From Tubiluchus corallicola (Eukaryota > Animalia > Priapulida), in NCBI GenBank assembly GCA_030141605.1, contig JAQGDQ010000491.1, forward strand, positions 1 through 64,000: 64,000 bases of DNA, written 5' to 3'. The translations under genes and the position numbers were made by a program. Under the pieces are notes generated by a model. It was given only the letters and a program-made list of their open reading frames with translations. It searched no databases and had not been told where the DNA came from. The stretch's first letter is position 1, and every line of letters starts with the position of its first letter. Below, one piece after another: positions 40,521 to 54,260 of the stretch.

Positions 40521-41477
40521 GACATTGTCCCTATATCTCCAAAACTCTATTGCGTCTTTAATGCTGGCACCAAAGCATTTTGTAATCAAAAGCTGGATTT
40601 TACTTTCCAAAATTTCCGTCAAGCTTATTACGAGCGAATAATCCTTATATCAGCTATTTATCGAAAGTCAAGTAACTCAGCAAATCGTATTAACCAGATA
40701 CGTGCATTAAGCCCCCGCTATATGAACATGGCTGCATAATGTGACTAGTAGCACAATGTATCCAGTACCCATAATAAAAGAAAACACTCAACGGCTTTAG
40801 ATTAGAGTGAGGCAAAAGAGAAATGAAAAGCATGTTGTTTACTTTGGTTTTTAATAAATCAGAAGCATCTAACTCTATATGTCAGCGATATTACACACCT
40901 ACAGGAAGCGATATAGTGCAGCAGCTGCTGCGATAGTAGACTGGCTTCTCTTGAGTAAATTAGTCAGACTCAATTCAACTTCCACCTATTAGAACTAAAT
41001 AACAAGTTATGGTTGACAAGTTGGTAGGCACTGGCCTGCAGTGCTGCAACCTGCATGCAATGCTTCAAAGAATTCACAACTGCCTCTCTTCTTCCCAAAT
41101 CAACCATTCTATGGCTTTTTAGCAGGTGGAAAATCATGAACGTAAATAGAGAGCAGGTCAAAAGTTAAAGCCTCACCAGGTATGTGATGATATTCGTTTT
41201 GGGCCTTATCACCATAGATATAAAAACAAAGACGTTAATCCTTTGGCAGGGAGAAATATGAGGAAAAGCCAAACCAGGTATGTGGATTTGTCATTAGCAT
41301 TAAGTGTTTTTTATAAACTCTATTATGTATTAATGAACAATTCAAAAGAAAATAATGTTCAAAATGTATTGATGAACTACATTAACGAAACTACTGCACA
41401 TCAAAATCGCAACCAACAGATTAGATCATACAGAGTATAAATGTAAATGAATCTTAAGATTTCTAAGCTAAATTTAC

Positions 41478-41575
41478 CTGTGCAGTCGTAGGTGTCAGCA
41501 TTTGCTCCATTGTGCAATAAGGTTTTGAGTATATCAACTTGACCATTTAAAGCAGCTTGATGTACTAATGTCATT
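41478..41575 (-). CDS. CASKIN: Caskin coding exon 3, ankyrin repeat (MTLVHQAALNGQVDILKTLLHNGANADTYDCTG)
   Basis: tttcag acceptor and G|GTAAAT donor; 98 nt. Fits the ankyrin consensus and lies inside ORF 41401..41613. Confidence 0.94.
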
Positions 41576-43754
41576 CTGAAATACATGTTAGATGATTTTG
41601 TAAACTCATGCATATAATTATTACATAGCTAGTATTATATATTGCACGCAAGCATTTTACGATTCGTAATAGTAATCCATTTGTCACGACGTATTGTATG
41701 TAACAGCAGTATAAGTCAAAAAATTGAAATATTTATAAGCAAGTAATCTCTATTTATGCACAAACTGCATTAGCAATAAATATAATTAAGAATTTAATTG
41801 TAATATTTTGGGAATGTCTGCTACTTATAAATAATTTATTTGAACACGGTTTCAAAACTAGTTCCGGGTAGACTATTTTAATAAATCCATCATCAATGAA
41901 CCCACCACACATTTTCGGCAAGTTCAAAGAATTCAAAACCAACAGTTTGTCCCTACCAAATGACCAAATGATTACTAACCCATGAAATTCGGACTCACAA
42001 ATTACCAGATAGAGTTAAAATAGTGCCAAAGTAGTTATTAGCTTACAGGTTTGGTAAATACCTGCTGTGGAGCGCCTATGGCAATATGAAATTGTTACAA
42101 TTGACCATTAAGAAATAGGTGTTTAGTTAACCCTTGCTAGAGACACTATATGGCCCGGAGACAAACAAGCCTGGCAAAACACGGTAATCTGATGAAAATT
42201 TATAACGTCGTGGCCTTGTGTTGACATGATCAGGTCAGAATTGTCGAATGTCCCACTATCCTGTGAGCCCTAAGGAAAAAATCAGTCTTGGCCTGCCGAA
42301 CAAGAACTACAGCAGTACACTGGGTGTTTTGTAAAATTAAATATATACGCAGTTGGGTATAATATCGAAATACACACATATCTATCTATATATATATATA
42401 TATATATAAAGTCTACAAATGGAAACGAGTAGAATAGGCAGCAGCTCGCTACAGAAAGTTCGCCATTTCGTCGAAACCAATTAAGTTTTGCCACAAAATC
42501 CCTGAAAAAGCTGGAAAAAACTCACGAGGAACGATATATCATCCATTTACTGCTAAAGCAGCAGAACGAGAAAAACACAAAGATGGGTTGTTGTGAATGT
42601 CGTTTGTAATTCACATGAAAGTTTAGTCGAATAAAAACCTCCCAGCGAACTGCATGATGTATACCCTACTTCCGGTGACACGCATCTAAATTGCAAAAAC
42701 CTATAAACCGCTGCTGTCGCTGTAAGTCATAACTTTGATGCATTTCCGTATTCCTGACAGCAAAAATCCGAGCAAAAGCTTGATGACTGTTATAACTGAT
42801 CTGCTCATGAATAATCTGCATGCACCGTATAAAGAACTATCAGTTTTCTTCATTCACATTTGTGAATGGATTTAAAAATCCGTAGATCCGCAGATCCACT
42901 AGATAAAAACTTTACTGTTACTACGTTTCTACGGATCAACATAGTAAACGGACGAAAATTCATTGCAGTATGTTTCTCCAGGACTGACAATTTTGTCAAC
43001 TGACCATACCATCGCGATCAGTTACTTTTTCAGGGACTTTAATAAAGGCAATTCGAAATATGAATATTCCTGCTCGATCCAACAGAACTAGCCAAAGTGA
43101 TTTGTTACAAAACAAGGATTGCAAGGATTCTCTGAGCTGCATTTCCTAATTCACATCTAAAGATTTCACTAATGACGAACGATACTGCAATGATGGTCCA
43201 CTGTGCCTGCTCAACTCTGATGTGTTCCATTGGTCATTCAACATTGAAGACTTTGTTTATTGCAGGATTTCTGGATCAAGTTGCTAATGTCACATCACTA
43301 AATGCTACGAATCTGCACCTATCATTAATGAACCTTTAGTCAGCGAAAGGGTTCAAGGCCTTAAAATGGTCTTTTAGGTGTGATAAGCCGATGTACAAAA
43401 ACCACACGCGGCTTGCTACAAGACCAAATTCAGTTATGTAATAACCATTTGAGAAAGTTTAAGTGTCTGTATTCTGTGTCTATCTTCTTCTCCCAAACAA
43501 CTCCAATTAGCCAGTAGCTAGTTGCAACTTGAGAAATTTATGGTCCTAGATTCAATGGGTAACCCTGGACAACTGTTACAACGTACAAGGTCAAAAGTTG
43601 TGCTGAAGTCTCGAATACAAACTGGAAATCACCTACACAACTTGCTGCAAATTGGTTCACATCTCGCCAGCAATCTGAAGGAATATTCTAATTAAGACGA
43701 CCTTAATGGTAGCTTAAGGTTAAATGTCAACGGTCAAAATTAAGAGCAAAGTGG

Positions 43755-43785
43755 AGACGGAGGGAAGAAAGGAGGAGGGAGAGAA

Positions 43786-43848
<63 letters not shown>

Positions 43849-43878
43849 GAGAGAGAGAGAGAGAGACAGACAGAGAGC

Positions 43879-43941
<63 letters not shown>

Positions 43942-43965
43942 CGCGCGCGAGAGAGAATGCGCGCA
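43755..43965. repeat. (GACA)n(GA)n compound microsatellite
   Basis: Direct reading; explains ORFs at 43724-44005. Confidence 0.97.
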
Positions 43966-44756
43966 AGTGAATTAAGGACGCTGCCATCCAAGTCAAGTTA
44001 TCCACTCTGGATTCCGGACAAATGAATCTGCAAGACTTCGCTTGTGTGACAAACCAAACATTTGCATCTTGATAGAATGTTATACCCAGAACAGCAACCT
44101 TAGGGTGGACTCTTCACCAAACGTCAACACGCATAATCAAATTGCTTCTCCATACTTCAACAAGTTTGTACATAAACAAACAATAGCGGCCAACCGTAGC
44201 AGATTATGTGACATTCATCATGACAAGAAGGCATTGACCTAATAATGACTATAGACTATTGCTAGTGTCAATGTATACTAGTAATGGCACTTCGAAAGCT
44301 ACTGCAGTGGTACTATATAGGAGGGAAATTATCTTATAAAAGAAATCCGTATATATTACACATGTATATTATTATCGTGACGTGATTTTTCTGACCTGCC
44401 TATGTAAAAACAGCGCCTACTTATCAGAAACCCGCGTTTTGTAAAACATTAGAAGATTACTACACGTATTTTGTAACAAGATATGTAAGTGTACGTGTAT
44501 GTGCACATTGTACTCACAAGACGGCCTTACAATATAACAGCTGTTGTAGTATGCTATCATATGTTGTACTAACCCATCCGTCCCCAATCTCTAATCACTA
44601 CCACCAACTTTAAACGTTTTCACCGAGTTTATAATATCCACTAATTATCAAAGCTTACATATGACTTCAGCAATTTGTAAAAGAAAACACTTTGTTACAT
44701 ACGAAAATAGTGCAGCGACATTTGCACGTAATTTAAACTTGAACTACTGCTATAGC

Positions 44757-44885
44757 CAATATCACTACCAGTACCACTACCACTATATCTATCACTATTA
44801 TTACTACTTTAATTATTATTATTATAATCATCATCATCATCATCGTCATCAACATCACCGTCATCATCATCATCATCATTATTAC
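44757..44885. repeat. (CAC/TAC/TAT/CAT)n trinucleotide tract
   Basis: Direct reading; lies ~60 nt into Caskin intron 2. Confidence 0.93.
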
Positions 44886-44942
44886 GAATCTATGTGCTAG
44901 AATCTGGATGAAGCTAGTTTAATGTATAAAAGCTACACTTAC

Positions 44943-44994
44943 CCATCAGAATCTTGAAAATTGAGATTGAGCTTTTTCGTGCCGCCTAGCAATT
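44943..44994 (-). CDS. CASKIN: Caskin coding exon 2 (KLLGGTKKLNLNFQDSDG)
   Basis: Pyrimidine tract plus ttcag acceptor and GTAAGT donor; 52 nt. Matches the Caskin motif KLLGSTKKINVNFQDPDG; phases 1 to 2 are consistent. Confidence 0.93.
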
Positions 44995-46284
44995 CTGAAA
45001 AGAAAAATAAAAGTGCCGCGGCGTTAACTTTCTACTAAATGCACCAAATCTTCTCAGTTTAACTCGGTTATCCTGGTTAATAATTCAGCTGTTGCCCAAG
45101 TCACTCTCATTGTTATTGAAATTATCTCAGATTCAATTTGCAGAGAAGTTAATTAAATTGGCTTGTGACTAAATAACAGCACGTACGTATGTAGACTGGA
45201 ACACAGAAATTCACCGACAGTTTATAGCTCTCAAACTAAATGGTATGCATATTAATTTTATAATAGCGATAAAATGTTATATAAAATTTAGGATCGCCTG
45301 ACAGGTATAATGAACCTACTTAGTGAAAAGTGATTAGCATGCGCCTAATTATCAAACACAAAAGTATTTTGATCAATACTCGAGTTTGAGAAAAATAGTA
45401 ACATGTAAACTCTCAGAATAGTAACTTTCACAATTTCCTGTGCCTGAAATAAAATACTGGAGAACAAGTCTCAGTCACCGTGTGACACAGATCAGAAATA
45501 TAAGCTAAATACAAAAATATATAGCTAAATACAATGTCTTCAGAGATTTCGCAAATTTTATTTTTAACAAATTCGCTTCATCAGCAACTACTCACACAGC
45601 ACATATTTCACTCGAATGCAGCCGTGCGAAATATAAATGTATTAAAACAGGTTTTTGAGCTTTTCTTTAACAAAAACATGCAAAGCATTCAATACTAGAA
45701 TCCCCCGTATATTTCACTGATAACTGGAATCTCGAGAGAAATCCACTGGGTGCTGAATACCTCCGCTGAGAATGCATGTCTGTCATTTTATAAATTAAAT
45801 AGCATTGAAGCAATTTCAATTGCTACGTGGAGTTCTATACGGACAAGCCATATGACGTCGTTCCCAATCATTTTACAAGCACAATACCCTGAAATGAGTA
45901 TTGCATCCAAGTATATGGCTACCCTATCTAAAGCAATCTTCAAAAGCTATCTGTGTTAGAATGAAAAATGCTTGTCCATCGAAAATTCTTAGACCAGATC
46001 GGACAACTTTTCAAAGTTATTCCAAATAAAACTCCGCGAAATGGAACACCTAGGATTTCGGAAGTGTTTTTGTTAATATAAGTTGTTTGTTACCCTTTGT
46101 TCTTTTGAAAAAATGTTTGTATTTATACGTATGTATTTTGCTTATTTAAACTTGATTTCAATAGTGAAATGTGTTATTCACTATTAGGTTAGGTATGGTT
46201 AGGTACCTGGTTAGGTAGAATAAATTACTGCATGCATGATACGGCAAGTTATTATTCAAACTACTGTGTCTGACAGCCATATAA

Positions 46285-46659
46285 CAGGACAGGATTATCC
46301 ATTCGGCTAGTATAGGCTACAGCCTAGGGCCTCTTGACGGGCCCGGAAGCCATGGTAACATTTGGTAAAAAATATCGTTTTTTTTTCACTACGGTTGCGT
46401 TGAAATATGTGCTAGTTCGGTTTCCAATAAATGGTTAAAATAGTGGTGTTTCTTAAAGAATATTGCTATTGACAACCATAAGATAGCTATTCTGGTTTAT
46501 TTAGAGAATTTGCAACAAGTTCATAGGTAAATGGCGCTAAAATATAACACGAGTAAAAAATATTCAAGACGGGCGCTGGCGAGTTAAACGGTGGCTCCGT
46601 CTGAGGTGTGCCCATAATTTCATTAGCCTAGGGGCCCAAAAAATCATAATCCGGCCCAG
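46285..46659 (+). mobile_element. hAT-like MITE copy 3
   Basis: CAGGACAGGATTA...TAATCCGGCCCAG degenerate TIRs, TAGCCTAGGG subterminal motifs and similar ATATAA flanks (possible decayed 8-bp target-site duplication). Confidence 0.65.
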
Positions 46660-47097
46660 AATATAAACCATCTTTTTTACGCATTTCGAAATTGTTATGC
46701 AGACAATTTTACAACCTGTGGATGCTTTGCAGAAATGCTTTTTTCGCGTCATATTTTAATGAGCTTCCATTTTGTGCGCGTGTGTGTGTAAACCAGTCAG
46801 AGACGTAATATGTACACACGCACGGCATGCACATAACATTGTAACTTGCCATATAGCTGCTGCATTATTTCGAGGACCAATTACTCGGCTAATGAAACTC
46901 AACCAACGGGCAGTCACAGGATACCGGTAAGTAGCCGGAAAATGATGAAGCCGGTGGTTTTGGTTTCTAATTGTTACCGATGGCTTCCTTGCTGATGAAA
47001 AATAGCTGCGCAAAGTATAGCATAAGAGATTAGGGAGGACTGAAGGATAGAAGAACTGCTGTAAAGGCAAGCTTCTTGTATTGTCGCCGCCACCAAC

Positions 47098-47145
47098 ACA
47101 TCATCATCCTTCATCATCATCATCACCATCATCATCATTATTATT
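47098..47145. repeat. (CAT)n microsatellite
   Basis: Direct reading. Confidence 0.9.
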
Positions 47146-47671
47146 AAGCTGTCTCCACTGACTACTTCCCATGACCAAAAATTGGTAATAACTATTTTAT
47201 TTGCCATCGAACTGCTCTATCCAGCCGATGGCGGCCCGACGTAACTGAATACCTTCCCTTCGTGCTCTTCACCACAGTTTTCCATCTTTCTAACTCGAAC
47301 ATCTTTACGTCAGGACAAAGTAGGCCTACAGTACCATACCACATACACCAAACCACTGGTTTAAAATTAAAATGCCACGCATGTATGGGAAATATTGGAA
47401 CTGTATGAAAAATCATGCGATTACAATAACATGTGAGCTGCAAAGGTGGCTAGATCACAATGATTAGATGATTTTGTTTTTGAAAGTTTTAAAGATAATT
47501 CGCATCAATTTGGCAAGAACAGGAAGATGCTCGCGTGTTGTTCGGCCGCTTTTTCCCCCAGGAACATAGGCCCTACATACGTGCCTAGAAAAGCGGCCAG
47601 AAGTTTTGTTCGGCCAAAATAACTTCTTTTCAACCACGTTTACTAAGTTAGAAATGAATCAAGAATCGAAA

Positions 47672-47775
47672 CAGTAAAGTCACAGGTAAAAAAGTGACAG
47701 AAAAGTCACAGGAAAAAATTACCCTAACCGTAAACCTAACCCTAAATTAATTGTGACTTTTTTCCTTTATTACCG
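47672..47775. mobile_element. Small inverted-repeat element with telomere-like core
   Basis: Three AAAGT(C/G)ACAG repeats, a core ACCCTAACCGTAAACCTAACCCTAA, then inverted TGTGACTTTTTT. Ends are CAGTAA / TTACCG. Confidence 0.5.
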
Positions 47776-48839
47776 GTCGCCGTGTCAGCAAACCGCTACT
47801 CATATATGTCACAGTAAGAATGGCATAATGGAATCTTAAATTGTTTTGTTAATTCAAATATAGTTGAGGTGTGACTTGCAATAGACTTAAAACTTTCTTA
47901 AAGTTGACGTGAGCTCGCGAAGTCTGTAAGAACAAAACAAAAAACTAACAAATTGCCAACTCTGCCGCGCTCTTCTGGGGCACTTTCTGACAGAATGGTG
48001 TGAAGTTGATTTATGCATAACTGCTGCGCCTGCAGATCATATAGCACGAATATTACTTCTTATTCTCACAATGTACAAAAACCTCTATTGCAAAATATGC
48101 AATCCTTGCATGGTGCCATAGACTACACTTCAATACATGTATGAATTCTTGTGAATTGCGCGTTCTTTTCAGCATGAATGTTACACAATATCAATTGATG
48201 TAAAAATATGCTTCTTATAATTTTTTTCTAAGGGTGTTTGCCAGTAAAAATGTCTTAACTTGCGACACTTATCGCATACATCGATTTACAAGGTAATGCT
48301 ACTTATAGAACATTTTTTATTGATATTAGTTATAGGCTTTGAACTTAGTTCTGGTTAAAAGTGTATGCAATAATGCAACAATGCATTTATTGACTAGTCT
48401 GTATAGCAATTAAATCTAATTTAGATAAAACTGTGTACAACAATATAGTTTTACTGATCAGTCTATTTTAAAATAAAATTAAAATTGTACGACTTGAGAA
48501 AATAAAATTGTCTTGACTTTGGGCTAGATTAGTCACTGTGGCCTAGTTGTATTGAAGTCACTCGGTCAAGTTTCTAAGTGCCGTGTTTACGACTTATTAA
48601 AACTAATAAAGAGAGTTTCTGCAAGCTATACTTGTATTTCCATTAACACTAATTAGTGCCATATCTGACAATCAATGCAGACTAATAGATATCGTAAGTG
48701 ATGTAATGTTTACCCAACAGTTGTCCGGCGTTAACGATACAAGTACATTACAGAGAAGAAACTTATCCCCATTCCCCAAGTTATTTATTCCAGACATGTT
48801 CAAAATATTCAAGTGAATAGTCAAAGAGATTATCAAAAG

Positions 48840-48858
48840 CAGGAGAAGGAGAGCAAGC

Positions 48859-48907
<49 letters not shown>

Positions 48908-49092
48908 AGAGAGAGAGAAAGAGAGAGAGAGAAAGAAAAAAAGAGAGAGAAAGACAGAGAGAAAAAGAGAAACACACACACACACGCACGAACGACCGCC
49001 CGCCCGCACGCACACACACAGAGAGAGAGAGAGAGAGAGAAACAGAAAGGGAGCGAGGGAAAGAGAGGGGGAGAAAGCAAGCGGAAGAGAAG
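48840..49092. repeat. (GA)n/(CA)n compound microsatellite
   Basis: Direct reading; explains ORFs at 48672-49202. Confidence 0.96.
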
Positions 49093-49499
49093 TGATGACA
49101 CAAACCCACAATTACTTAAAATTTCTCATGGATAATCCTGAATATTTAATTAGTTGTGGGTTTGTACCCTCACTAATAATAAGCTTGGCATTAAGATTAT
49201 AATAATTAATGGAGGCAAAAGCAGATGGCACAGATAAAGGAGGCTAAAATTCTTTCCTTATGAGCAGAGAACCTGAATATGATTGTTAACTTAGTTGAGC
49301 TAATAGATGCATTACAGTCAATCCATGATCCAAAATGGCGCCCCAGTCAAACAGTAAGCACAAATTTATTGATAGTTTTAAGTTTTATTACTCCGAAACA
49401 TGTCTGCTAATTGTCAGACTTAAAAGGCAGCTCATTGCCACGTAGAATAATAGTGGTAGATAGAAGAAAACGCACAATAGCACATAATATCGTATATCG

Positions 49500-49592
49500 A
49501 ATATAATATAATATAACATAACATAACATAACGTAACGTAACGTAACGTAACGTAACGTAACATAATATAATATAGCACATAGCATATAATA
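49500..49592. repeat. Pentamer series (ATATA)(ACATA)(ACGTA)n
   Basis: Direct reading. Confidence 0.93.
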
Positions 49593-50699
49593 AGCATTAA
49601 ACACATAGAAATTTGGATACTAAGATATTTCTATACTAAGTCAGGCTGCATGACTACCCATTCATTTTTGAAATCAGATCATTCAAAAACCCTGCTACAT
49701 CCAATTTCACTATTTCAGGAAGAACTGAATAAGTTTTTTTCTTCAAACATGAATATTAATAATTTAAATCCAAGATGAAGTACCAAAACATAAGATTGCC
49801 AATCCTTTCATTAGCCAGAAAGTGTAAGTTTAGTTTTCAAAATCAACTTTTCAGCTAGTTTGGAACTTCAGATACCAACATCACTGGATTGTAATGGTAG
49901 CCATTTTGAAATTCAAGATGGCGGATATAAAAACAAGCCAGACATCTTTGCTCCACTAATTTTTAATATCATCATGCCTCAGAGACACCGAAATCTTACC
50001 TGCCAAAGGAGAACTTGTAACATATTCTCCAATTTATATCTACCTGACCAAGCAGTAAGTTAAATTACTTGACTCAAAAATTCATTTTGTTTCACTAAAA
50101 AACTGCTGATTTTATCGATTGTGCCTCTGTGGCAATACCCATTTTCGGTTTCAGTAGGCCAACTGCGTGAAAAAACGAGCAAGTAAAAAGTACTTCCGGA
50201 AGTTCGTAATACCTTTAAGCTTTTTTAAAAAACCCTTAAACCAATTTAAGCCTTTTAAAATAATAGTAAGGGGCATGGCATAAAAATCCGACAATTTTCA
50301 GTCAAACTAAGCAAGGTATGAATATGAAATCTCGTTACTCTCAATTCGTTATTGTCAATAAACTTGCCATAACACAACGAGTAGTTTAAAATTATGTTCG
50401 ATCTTTCAATTAATAACGAACTAACTAGGACTATGGCGTCTGCCAACAGCTTTTTTTACCAATTAGTTGTTACATCACTCAGGCGACTGACAATTTAATA
50501 ATTTTTAAAAGCAGTTTCAGTAATTTTGAGACATGTCTGCCTCCAGCCATACATGTTCAAGGACTGGCCATTTAGCAGCGAGGTCGCGTTAGTTCCGACA
50601 AGAAGCTTTAAATTTATTTTAGCAAGTGTAAAACACTCTTTTGCAGTATCTTTGCTATAGATTATAGAGGTTTTGGACACAGGGAACACAGGCCTGGTT

Positions 50700-50848
50700 A
50701 TGTGTTCAAAGTCTAGGTGTCCAAATGACCCACATATGTATGTGTCCAAGTCGTTTTGTGTCCAAATCACCTATGTGTCTCAAATACCTTATGTCCAAAT
50801 GACCTAAGTATCCAAATGTTGTGTGGTAAAGCATCCTGTGTCCAAAAT
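50700..50848. repeat. Cluster of short TGTCCAAATGACC-like repeats
   Basis: About 8 variants of (G)TGTCCAAA within 150 nt; possibly subterminal repeats of a decayed MITE. Confidence 0.65.
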
Positions 50849-51829
50849 TAATGTCTGCATTCCTATGATAATCGTATAACAGATATATGTGAGTATTTTT
50901 CTTCCCTTTTTCAACTTCACAAGCATATTGAATCTAGATCTAGAATCTGATTTCTTGTGTTAAGTTGTATGAAGTACAAAGTATAAGATAATCACAGACA
51001 ATATTGTATGTTTCCGTTACCAATATGCATGTATAAAACTACAAGTAAAGAGGAACTATTAAATAGTATGTACACAAATGAACACATGTCACTTTCCCAC
51101 TTTCCCAGGCCTACAGACCGCAGACTCGTATATTAATTGCAACCTGCCAGTCTGTCTGCATCATTCCCCATCAAATTTGCATTAATATTGGAAGAGCGAC
51201 GTTTGTCAGTATTGTATGTATACATAGACATAGATGAAATAGCCATCGGATGATTGATGCTGCATTTTTCCAACAATTAATATCAAAGAATACACAACCG
51301 CTATAATGCTATTAATAATCCAACCCATCACGCAAACACCTGTACAATTGACCTTTGCACCTGTCTGAGGCACCTGGGCGGCAGTGTTTACAAACAGCTT
51401 ACCAGTGAACTGCACACAACCCATAAACACAAACAAGTCAAACAGCTGATAATAAATGTGATAGTAATCTATGCCAGGAAAAACCCAATTTCTTATGCAG
51501 TAACTAATCAGCAGAGACGCTGCAGACTAATGCTACATGGTATTAAATTCACCTTTGCACGCACTACTGTATTTCGTTATTTCTTCAATTCTTTAAGCAC
51601 CCAATTCATTAATAATACGGTTAGCTCACTACACTCGTTACAATAGCATGTGACTCATGAAAGCAGTTCTAACCAGACTGGTGGATGGACTTGCTTAAAT
51701 TATTGGCGAGCCATGTCTAAAAGAAGCGTGAGCATGCATATCCAAGAAGTCCATAATATCTACATTTAAGGTGGTAAATTCATGTTCGCAGCAATTTTAT
51801 ACTAACTCATAAATTAAACATACTCGCAT

Positions 51830-52397
51830 TTAAAGGAAAACCGGAAATAGCTTAAAACAATTTAGCCTATAAAATATTGAATCCACCCTATTATTTTTTC
51901 AGTAATGACTTACGTGAAAGGATTATGACCACAGAAACGTAATTTCACTTTTGCGCGGGTAGTTATTCGCTGTCACATGCATTTCGCCATTCGCTAATTA
52001 GATGGGCATTAGCGTCTCAGTTAAGAGGTATTCAGTTGTGACGTAGTGCACATGTTCGATTTATCATGCGCGAGCACAGGGTAAACTTGAAATTTGAATT
52101 TTAAACTTAAAATTTGCCGACTTTTTGTATATCATACACTGGACGTTGTACAGTAGCAATGTACTTCAATTTTCACTTTTGCAAACAAGTGAACACGCTC
52201 ATGAAATGTTTGCGCTGTTGGGAATTATGTTTAGCTGTTTATGTCATCGCTATTTAGCTCGCTTTCCGATAGTTAAGTTTTTAATGTATTATTTAATAAT
52301 AAGAAATTCTTCGACATTATTATAGGTGTTAAAAAGTATACGTTTTACCGTACTTCAAAATGGGGTACAGATAAAAAATCATCCTGTTGTCCTTTAA
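51830..52397 (-). mobile_element. Kolobok-like MITE, family A copy 2 (inverted)
   Basis: TTAAAGGAAAACCGGA...TCCTGTTGTCCTTTAA termini; diverged reverse complement of 25188-25708. Confidence 0.75.
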
Positions 52398-54260
52398 TAG
52401 CAGACTCTATCATGTCATGCTGATTTGTCTTATTCGGCTGGCATGAATTTATACACAAACTAGTAGAACAGATGCAGTCTTTCCTCATGCATCGTAAAAT
52501 CGAAAAGAATGGCAAAGATCTAAGTTCTACAAGCATAAAACGCCCCAAGGTGATTTTTGAAAAGTGTATACAATGTTCAAAATCTCAAGTTCGCACATAC
52601 AGGTAGCGATTATATCACAGTACAGTAAGCTTAGATAAACAAAAGTATGCACTACCGAAGGTAACGCATCCGTTTTGCAAACACACCTGAGTGATATGGC
52701 TTATTATCCAGGGTTACTGGACGCTTTGACTCAGGTAACAGACCGAGTTGCACTTATAAAGATAACGCCACCTTTTCCACGAAGAATAATTGTTTATTAC
52801 ATGTGTAACGGTAACCAGGTTAAAGATCATCAGCTTCTAGTTTATCATTAACTGCAAAAAACCAAGTGTATTCAAAAAGGTATGCAATACCTGAGTTATT
52901 CCAAACAGTGTGACTGTTGTTGGCTGAGTTTCTAAGTAGTTACTAGCAATTAACTAATAATGCACTTCTGCTTTTTTACCACCCCAATTCTAACAATTAA
53001 TATGTATGTACCCCGATTAAACTCTTGACTATAGCATGTACACTAGATGCGGTGTCTGTATTTCTCATAGATCTCTTGGGTGCAGAAGCTTTTTTCTGTG
53101 ATAAATGACATTGGAATGCAACTGACATAATTGCTTAAACGGCTGAATTGCAAGTCAGCTCTTGGATACGATACCTTGTCTTAGATACGCCCGGCAAGAG
53201 AAATACTCCAGCAGCTTCGCTTGACACTCAAGTTGCTTTTAAGTGCCAAACTTAGCGTACTAAACTAAAAATATCTTCTATTCAGCGTTTTTCTGAGTAG
53301 CTTCCGAGACATAGCATCTCGAACAACAAACAAAATGCTAACACGGAATAGTTTTCACAGCAAACTTCCCCAACTAAATCATCTAGAATTACAGTAATCA
53401 AGCTTGTAAACAAGTACACTGAATTACTGTATCTACTCTAGGCAAGTAATGTTTTTACGACATTGCAGACTAGAAAACAGCTAGCAATAACTATCTTCTC
53501 TATACTCATCCTATATAACAAGGGTAAGCCTTCTATTATGTAGAGCATTGTACGATTTGATATACGGTCATTGTGGGTTCTCCAACCAGTTTAAGCGCAA
53601 CATGGCGTACCCAGCCCATTGTACACCTTTCACACGGCTAGACTGCCGACAGACTAGGATATAATAATAGACGTTACATTAGATCCCAATCAAACTGCTC
53701 CTAGACTTACGTAATAACAGGATATCATTGAGAGAAAGTTCTACCTTGAAATACTTGTAACATTCGAACAAAGATTACAACCAATATCGTAGCTAGATCA
53801 CTGTGTATGCAACAAGATCGTTATAGAGAATGTATCGCATTTGTACAATACTATATGTGCATAAAATAACTCAGAGCCCCATACACTACATTTGTGAGAT
53901 GAGCATTTTTGCTATTATAACTTAATCGATTTCGTTTAACCCGTTTTTATAATTCCAATTTCCTGCTTCTGAAAAACATAACTTGTGTCCCTGCTGTGTT
54001 CCCCAACTGACTGTTTTTATGTTGTTGAACAATGTCTGCTTTTGCAACTAGTTTTATTATAGAAAAATGTTCTTTGTCTAGATGTTGTCTGGACAAGTTT
54101 TCCTGTCTGCAGTCTGCACAGTACTATGGAAACTTTATTATTATTACAAACATTTTTAATATTTTAACTAATCAACTTGTGAGTCGTGAGATTCGTTAGG
54201 CTAAAATGTATAAATTATAGAATATATAGATAAGACTATTTTGATCAAATAAATACTTAC

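Noticed and set aside
43040-43700. Possible RTE-type LINE relic
   Set aside because: Only vague motif resemblance (e.g. KFKCL) with many stops; cannot be supported without a search.
43724-49202. RE/SL-repeat, His/Tyr-rich and Met-rich ORFs (43724-44005, 44661-44900, 46974-47207, 48672-49202)
   Set aside because: Products of GA, GACA and CAT microsatellites in introns.
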